Assembly: GCA_963819215.1 (NCBI GenBank)
Contig: CAWFVK010000009.1
Span: 209,267 to 273,266, forward strand
Reading direction: 5' to 3'
Length of the DNA stretch: 64,000 nucleotides
Origin: an uncultured Actinomycetota bacterium
Lineage (GTDB): Bacteria > Actinomycetota > Actinomycetes > Prado026
The notes beneath the pieces were generated by a model. It ran no database searches, had not been told where the DNA came from, and saw only the letters and a list, made by a program, of their open reading frames with translations. Made by a program: the position numbers and the translations under genes. This document shows positions 59,333 through 64,000 of this stretch, one piece after another (position 1 is the first letter of the stretch; the number at the start of each line of letters is the position of its first letter).

Positions 59333-60259
59333 TCAGATACCGCGGCCGCGTTTGTGCAGCACTTCGAGCACCCTGGGCGCGGACACGATGCCGCTGGCCA
59401 CGGCCACGGCTAGCACGCCACGCGGCTCCTTGTAGTTGTGCCGCAACGACTTTCCGGCCGTTCGCAGCGCGTCGCCCCGCCGGCCGAGCGCCGCCTGGTC
59501 AAAGGCGATCTGCCCGAGCAGTCGGCCGACGCCCACCCCCGAGGTCCAGAGGTCTGGGTGGTGCTCGAGCATCCACTCATGCGCGGCGAGCTTGGTCTCC
59601 CAGCGCCGCGAGAAGAACGACGTCTGTCCCCACAGGACCCGCACCAACGGCTGGTCCACGTGCACGATGGGATGGCGGGCCGACGCGCGGAGCAGGATGT
59701 CCCAGTCCTCGCACATGCTTCCCGGGATCGTCTCGTCGAGCAGCCCGATGCCGTCGACCAGCGCCTCGCGACGAGCCATGAAGGTCGATGAGTGGAGCAT
59801 GGCCAACCGGCTCGCAAGGAGCTCGGGATAGGTGATGCGTTCGCGTCCAGCGAGCCGATCGGTCTCGTGGTCCTGGAACACGACCCTGATGCCGGTGGAC
59901 GCGAACTCCGCCGCCGGCTGGGCCTGCAAGGCCGCCACCTGGGTCTTGAGCTTGCCGGGCAACCACTCGTCGTCGTCGTCGCAGAACGCCACGAGCTCGG
60001 CAGACGTCGACAGGATCGCCGTGTTCCGGGTGCCGCAAAGGCCTTGCGTCCGGGTGTTCTCCAGGATGGTGAGTGGCAGGCCCTCGAGGTCCGCCACCAG
60101 CGTGGGGTCGGGCTCGGTGTGGTCGAACACGACAACTGCCTCGAGCCGGCCCGGGTACTCCTGGGCGCCGATGGCACGAAGTGCCTTGCGCAGGAGCTCC
60201 GGCCGGTCACGCGTGGGGAGCAGCACCGCGACGTCTGGCCAGGTGGCCGGCTCAGCCAT
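59333..60259 (-). CDS. Family-2 glycosyltransferase
   Basis: Contains VAVLLPTRDRPELLRKALRAIGAQEY..VVVFDH..GLCGTRNTAILSTSAELVAFCDDDDEWLPGKL. Intact at 308 aa. Confidence 0.85.
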   Translation of the reverse strand: MAEPATWPDVAVLLPTRDRPELLRKALRAIGAQEYPGRLEAVVVFDHTEPDPTLVADLEGLPLTILENTRTQGLCGTRNTAILSTSAELVAFCDDDDEWLPGKLKTQVAALQAQPAAEFASTGIRVVFQDHETDRLAGRERITYPELLASRLAMLHSSTFMARREALVDGIGLLDETIPGSMCEDWDILLRASARHPIVHVDQPLVRVLWGQTSFFSRRWETKLAAHEWMLEHHPDLWTSGVGVGRLLGQIAFDQAALGRRGDALRTAGKSLRHNYKEPRGVLAVAVASGIVSAPRVLEVLHKRGRGI

Positions 60260-61337
60260 CCGCTGCCCTGCCGGTCCCGGGTCGGTAGCCGAGCAGTGCG
60301 GCCACCGGGGCGGTCAGCACGGTCACCATGCGACGCTGCCGGCTCGGCATGAGCGAGCGCCACTTCTGGTCATTGGCGACCTCGATGTGACCGGTCTGGT
60401 AACGCATCGGATTGCCTGCGACCTGGTGCGAGACACCGAGGTCAACACTGCTCGGCTGGGCTGCCGCGAGTGTCTGTTCATTGACGGGCACGTCGGCGAA
60501 CTCAAGGATCCCGGCCAGGAGCTCGCGTGGGTCCTCGACGAAGTCCTCGTACCGCACCAGCCTGGTCTTGGTGCCTGCGAGCCGCGGGATCTCCAGCAGG
60601 ACGTTGTGGCCCGACCACAGCACGGCCACGTGGGCGGGAGAAAAGGTCGGCATGTACGAGGTGTCGAGCTGGCCATCGGCATCAGCGTCGTCGCCTCGCA
60701 ACGGCTGACGGACAGCCTCGGGTCGAGCCACCACCCTGGTCCAGGAGAATGCGACGCCGCGGCTGTCTCGTACCAGGTGCAGCAGTCGCACCCGAAGGTC
60801 GGGTGAGGTTCGCAGGCAGTAGGCAAGCGACGTGCTCTTGCTGGAGTCCACGATGACCCGGCTGCCGGTGACGGTTCGAGCAGCGCGGTACACGGCCGCG
60901 AAGGCGGCGACGTATTCGTCCAGCTCGGCACTGAACTGCCCACGAGGGCGTAGCAGTCGGGGGATGTTCTTGACGTCATCGATGCGGCGCCCGAGCTCGG
61001 CCATCCGGGCGGTGTCGACGTTCTGCCAGCCGCCGAAGGCTTCGGCGCCGACCGCCGTCCAGAACGGGCAGGTGTGGAAGGTCTCGCCGCAGCCGCAGAG
61101 CTCGTCCTGCTCGATGCCTCGGCTCCAGAGAAACATGACCTCGCCGAGGGAGCACACGGAGTCGACTTCGCCGAGCAGGCGCTCGATCAGCGTTGACCCA
61201 CTCCGCCCGATGCCGCCGAGGTACAGGAGGTCGACGGGCGCATGCGAAGCGATGGGGGAGGGCGTGCGCCCGGTGTGGTGCGTGCCGCGCGAGGGCGCGC
61301 GGCCAGCGTCGCTCGGGGACACTGCCGTCATGTCCAC
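60252..61337 (-). CDS. Sulfotransferase family protein (Sulfotransfer_3-like)
   Basis: 5'-PSB-like LLYLGGIGRSGSTLIERLL and 3'-PB-like LLHLVRDSRGVAFS. It overlaps the downstream GT2 gene by 8 nt. Confidence 0.75.
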   Translation of the reverse strand: MDMTAVSPSDAGRAPSRGTHHTGRTPSPIASHAPVDLLYLGGIGRSGSTLIERLLGEVDSVCSLGEVMFLWSRGIEQDELCGCGETFHTCPFWTAVGAEAFGGWQNVDTARMAELGRRIDDVKNIPRLLRPRGQFSAELDEYVAAFAAVYRAARTVTGSRVIVDSSKSTSLAYCLRTSPDLRVRLLHLVRDSRGVAFSWTRVVARPEAVRQPLRGDDADADGQLDTSYMPTFSPAHVAVLWSGHNVLLEIPRLAGTKTRLVRYEDFVEDPRELLAGILEFADVPVNEQTLAAAQPSSVDLGVSHQVAGNPMRYQTGHIEVANDQKWRSLMPSRQRRMVTVLTAPVAALLGYRPGTGRAADG

Positions 61338-61368
61338 CGCCTCGCCGTCATCCAGTCAATGGTAGCTC

Positions 61369-61410
61369 GTCCGATCGGACCATATGTCGTTCTTCGTACC
61401 GATCTGGACC
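61369..61410. promoter_or_regulatory. Palindrome and direct repeat upstream of the sulfotransferase-GT2 operon
   Basis: gtccgatcggac (61369-61380, a perfect 12-bp palindrome) and the repeat ccgatcggacc / ccgatctggacc (61371-61381 and 61399-61410), in a lower-GC spacer. Confidence 0.35.
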
Positions 61411-61496
61411 GGCCTTTACGCAAGACTGGCACCAGAAAGTCAGCGCCGTCCGCCGCTCGGCGCACCCATGGACTGCCCCTCGGCACGCAAGTACGT

Positions 61497-61526
61497 CAAC
61501 CCGGCTGGGATCACCCAGCCGGGTTG
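61497..61526 (-). terminator. 13-bp perfect hairpin spanning the GH26 stop codon
   Basis: caacccggctggg-atca-cccagccgggttg. On the minus strand it includes the last codons ..NPAG* of the GH26 gene. There is no U-tract. Confidence 0.4.
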
Positions 61527-62611
61527 AAGTACGGCTGCGACGCGATGCTGCCCATGGTTCGGAGGTCAGCTGGTGTTCCGCGCAAGGACCAGTGCCTGAT
61601 CCGGCCGTCCTTCGCGACGTCGCTGTCGAAGTACACCGCGGCCTTGATGCTCGGGTTCGCTTGGATCCACGCGGCTCCGGCGGTGAGCCAGGCGCTCCGC
61701 GAGCCCGGCGTCGGGTTCTGCGTCCCGAACTCGCCGAACATCAGCGGCTTGTCGTGTTCGGCCGCGAACTTCATGAACGACGCCGACACCTGCGCGAGCG
61801 AGGCGGTCCGTGGATCCGGCGCGTAGGAGTCCGTGCAGATCCAGTCGACCTCGGAGTCACCCGGGTAGTAGGCCGGCGCCGTCCCGTTGTCGAAGCCGGA
61901 GGCGAGCGGGCACCAGACCCACCCGACGTTGGTGGCTCCAACCTCGGTGAAGATCGAGCGGATGTGCGTCCAGGCGGCGATGAAGTCCTGTGGCGAGCCG
62001 ACTTCGGCCTTGAGATTCGGCCGGTCCATCTCCCAGCGCCACCGCAGCAGCACAGGCGCGCCGAGGGCCTTCACCGCGGTCGCGCGCTCGCGGATCATCG
62101 TGTCGTACTTGCCTGCGGTGATGTCCGTCGTCTTGGTACCGGCCCAGGAGAGCAGGAGCTGCGAGCCGCGTGCCGCGACAGCTTCATCGAAGGCGGACGG
62201 GAATGGATCGGTCCAGGTGTGGAAGTCGTGGACCACGGTGAGCTTGTGCCCGAGGTCGGCCTCGTACGCATTGAGCGCAGCGATGCGACCGGCCTCGGTG
62301 AAGACCGTGGGCTGCACCCATGCACCGAGCCAGGCTCCCGTGGCCGGCGGTACGGGAGCCGGCGGAACGCTCGAGCTCGGTGTCGGCGAGGGCGCTGTCG
62401 TCGCCGCACTGGCGGATGTCGTCGGTGCCGCCGAGTTGCCGGTGGAGCTCGACGACAGGTGCAGCGCAATCAGCACCACCGCCACCACGACCACGACGGT
62501 GGCCGCGAGTGCCGCAACGAGCCTGGGTCTTCCCCCCATGACGCTCCCAGCTGGTTGGCCGATGCACCGGAGGCAAAGGTTCCGTAAGGATAGACTCGCG
62601 AACCAGCTCAC
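61511..62611 (-). CDS. Membrane-anchored glycoside hydrolase family 26-like glycanase
   Basis: N-terminal TM, a Ser/Pro/Thr linker, then ..VLLRWRWEMDRPN.. (acid/base Glu context) and ..KPLMFGEFGTQ.. (nucleophile Glu context). Also WVWCPLASG and YYPGDSEVDWICTDSY. Confidence 0.65.
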   Translation of the reverse strand: MSWFASLSLRNLCLRCIGQPAGSVMGGRPRLVAALAATVVVVVAVVLIALHLSSSSTGNSAAPTTSASAATTAPSPTPSSSVPPAPVPPATGAWLGAWVQPTVFTEAGRIAALNAYEADLGHKLTVVHDFHTWTDPFPSAFDEAVAARGSQLLLSWAGTKTTDITAGKYDTMIRERATAVKALGAPVLLRWRWEMDRPNLKAEVGSPQDFIAAWTHIRSIFTEVGATNVGWVWCPLASGFDNGTAPAYYPGDSEVDWICTDSYAPDPRTASLAQVSASFMKFAAEHDKPLMFGEFGTQNPTPGSRSAWLTAGAAWIQANPSIKAAVYFDSDVAKDGRIRHWSLRGTPADLRTMGSIASQPYFNPAG

Positions 62612-62697
62612 TCGTTCCGCTGTTCGTGCCGCAGCCGGTGGTCCCGCTGTCGGTCTGTCAGCCGTCCATCAGCCTCATGCACAGTGTTGAGGAGAGC

Positions 62698-63489
62698 ATG
62701 CTCGTCGACAGCAAACGGCTGGTGTTCGTTGCTGGTCTGCACCGCAGCGGCACCACCGCGCTGGCCCGGATGCTTGCCGACCACCCGCAGATCAGCGGCC
62801 TGGAGAACACCGGAGTACGTGAGGACGAGGGCCAGCACCTCCAGGACGTCTACCCCGTCGGACAGACCTACGGCGGCCCCGGCCGGTTCGCCAGGAATCC
62901 GCACGCGCACCTCACCGAGAGCTCACCGCTGCTGACCTCGGACGCGGCGGACCGCATGCTGGCCGCCTGGCTGCCGTACTGGGATCTCAACAGACCCTTC
63001 CTGGTGGAGAAGTCGCCACCGAACCTCGTGATGGGCCGTTTCCTGCAGGCGGCCTTCCCTGGCAACGCTTTTGTCGCTGTCGTTCGACACCCCGTCGTCG
63101 TCGCGCTGTCCACCAAGAAGTGGGCGCCGCGGACCACCCTGGAGCAGCTCGTCGAGCATTGGTTCATCGCGCACGACACGCTGGTTGCTGACGCGCCGTC
63201 GATCCAGCGACTCCTGGTGCTGCGCTACGAGGACCTCATGGCAGAGCCCGTCCCCGAGCTCGAGCGAGTCCGAGCATTCATCGGGCTCGACGGCGCGATC
63301 CCGGCGGACCGCGTCGATGCCTCGCGCAGTAGCAGGTACGAGCAGCAATGGGACGACCTCGCCACCGGGAGCTGGTTGAAGCGGCGTCAGCGCGCGGCCA
63401 TTGAACGCCGCTTCGCCGACCGCGCTGCGGCCTACGGGTACGACATCAGCGACCTGCGGTCACGGGCTCCATGGACTTGGCCGTACTGA
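62698..63489 (+). CDS. Sulfotransferase family protein
   Basis: MLVDSKRLVFVAGLHRSGTTALARML (5'-PSB-like) and FVAVVRHPVVVALS (3'-PB-like). Alternative in-frame starts are at 62626 and 62677. Confidence 0.7.
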   Translation: MLVDSKRLVFVAGLHRSGTTALARMLADHPQISGLENTGVREDEGQHLQDVYPVGQTYGGPGRFARNPHAHLTESSPLLTSDAADRMLAAWLPYWDLNRPFLVEKSPPNLVMGRFLQAAFPGNAFVAVVRHPVVVALSTKKWAPRTTLEQLVEHWFIAHDTLVADAPSIQRLLVLRYEDLMAEPVPELERVRAFIGLDGAIPADRVDASRSSRYEQQWDDLATGSWLKRRQRAAIERRFADRAAAYGYDISDLRSRAPWTWPY

Positions 63490-64000
63490 CAGCCTTCGAA
63501 CCCCGCCGCCACCTGAAGCGGCTGGGCTGAAGCACCGCCCCGACGTGACCGCTCGGGGAGACGGCCGATCGCGTCGCCGCACCGGCGACCTCGCGCAGCA
63601 GGGTGCGATGGGCCCTGGTGACGAGGACGACGCCGTCGGCCTGATCGTTGAGCCCGCCGGTGTAGGACTTCCGTTCAGGACCGAGCACGAGCAGGTAATC
63701 CGCCGTGCCGCGGACGAGGTCGAACCGGCGGCGCATGGTGACGTCGTTGACCGGTGCGCGCGCGCCGTCGAGGAGCTGCCCCTGGCCAAAGACACGCATC
63801 GGCCCGGAGTTTTCAGGGGATGGTCCAGCGATGACTGCCGAGTCAGCCCCCGTCGACCAGGTACTAAGCGCCCCACGCCGGCTGGCCGCGTTCAGCACGA
63901 TCTCGGCTACGCCTTCGCCGTTCGCCAACCGTCCTTCCGTGAGCACGCTGGTGTCGTCGAGTCGGGCACCCGGCCACGCCGCAACCGTGACGTCGTAGCC
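63446..64000 (-). CDS. C-terminal part of a second P-loop-like (BY-kinase/CpsD-like, degenerate) protein; the 5' end lies outside the window
   Basis: The frame is open to the window edge. ..RRRFDLVRGTADYLLVLGPERKSYTGGLNDQADGVVLVTRAHRTLLREV..GHVGAVL aligns by eye with the C-terminal domain of the 51521-53152 protein (..DLLLVQAPSSTTGSDAQTMARAASAVVLVVEVGRTDRSDL..ARVLGAVAL). Confidence 0.4.
   Translation of the reverse strand, partial: GYDVTVAAWPGARLDDTSVLTEGRLANGEGVAEIVLNAASRRGALSTWSTGADSAVIAGPSPENSGPMRVFGQGQLLDGARAPVNDVTMRRRFDLVRGTADYLLVLGPERKSYTGGLNDQADGVVLVTRAHRTLLREVAGAATRSAVSPSGHVGAVLQPSRFRWRRGSKAVSTAKSMEPVTAGR

Overview
This window is a high-GC (by eye above 70% G+C) actinobacterial chromosome segment. 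Roughly the first 46 kb are conserved core loci. (i) A mannose-activation and envelope block: large GT2, DUF5719, metallopeptidase, DUF3499, manB, Trm112, SIS isomerase, CDF transporter, manA. Its order resembles the M. tuberculosis manA-pmmA region. (ii) A small low-GC islet beside tRNA-Arg (two MarR regulators, a cupin, an F420-type oxidoreductase), then rbpA, mscL, a SAF-domain gene, mtnP and fmdB. (iii) DUF1345, a DNA ligase plus PHP-phosphoesterase pair, two crcB genes, then the division locus 5-FCL, galU, moeA-like (glp), moaC, GNAT, sepX/glpR. (iv) tRNA-Ala, an S53 peptidase, then pmt, rsmI, metG, tatD, rpfB, rsmA, ispE, ABC-F, TetR, tRNA-Gln, glmU, prs, rplY, pth. This order resembles M. 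tuberculosis Rv1002c-Rv1019. From 45.9 kb to the window end, behind an AT-rich junction, lies a visibly lower-GC accessory Wzx/Wzy-type glycan cluster. It holds a priming phosphoglycosyl transferase, cysQ-cysD-cysN, an acetyltransferase, a co-polymerase with a degenerate kinase domain, a DUF3048 lipoprotein, a Wzy-like polymerase, an APH-fold kinase, a flippase, one GT2, a GH26 glycanase and three sulfotransferases. My best candidate for a novel system is this predicted sulfated, acetylated cell-surface polysaccharide pathway. The main caveat is that manual frame tracing finds roughly 70 apparent frameshifts. They are strongly clustered (for example 14 in glmU and 7 in cysD) and hit essential genes, so assembly indel error is the likeliest cause. 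I found no CRISPR array, transposase, integrase or rRNA. All product calls come from reading the translations; no database search was possible.
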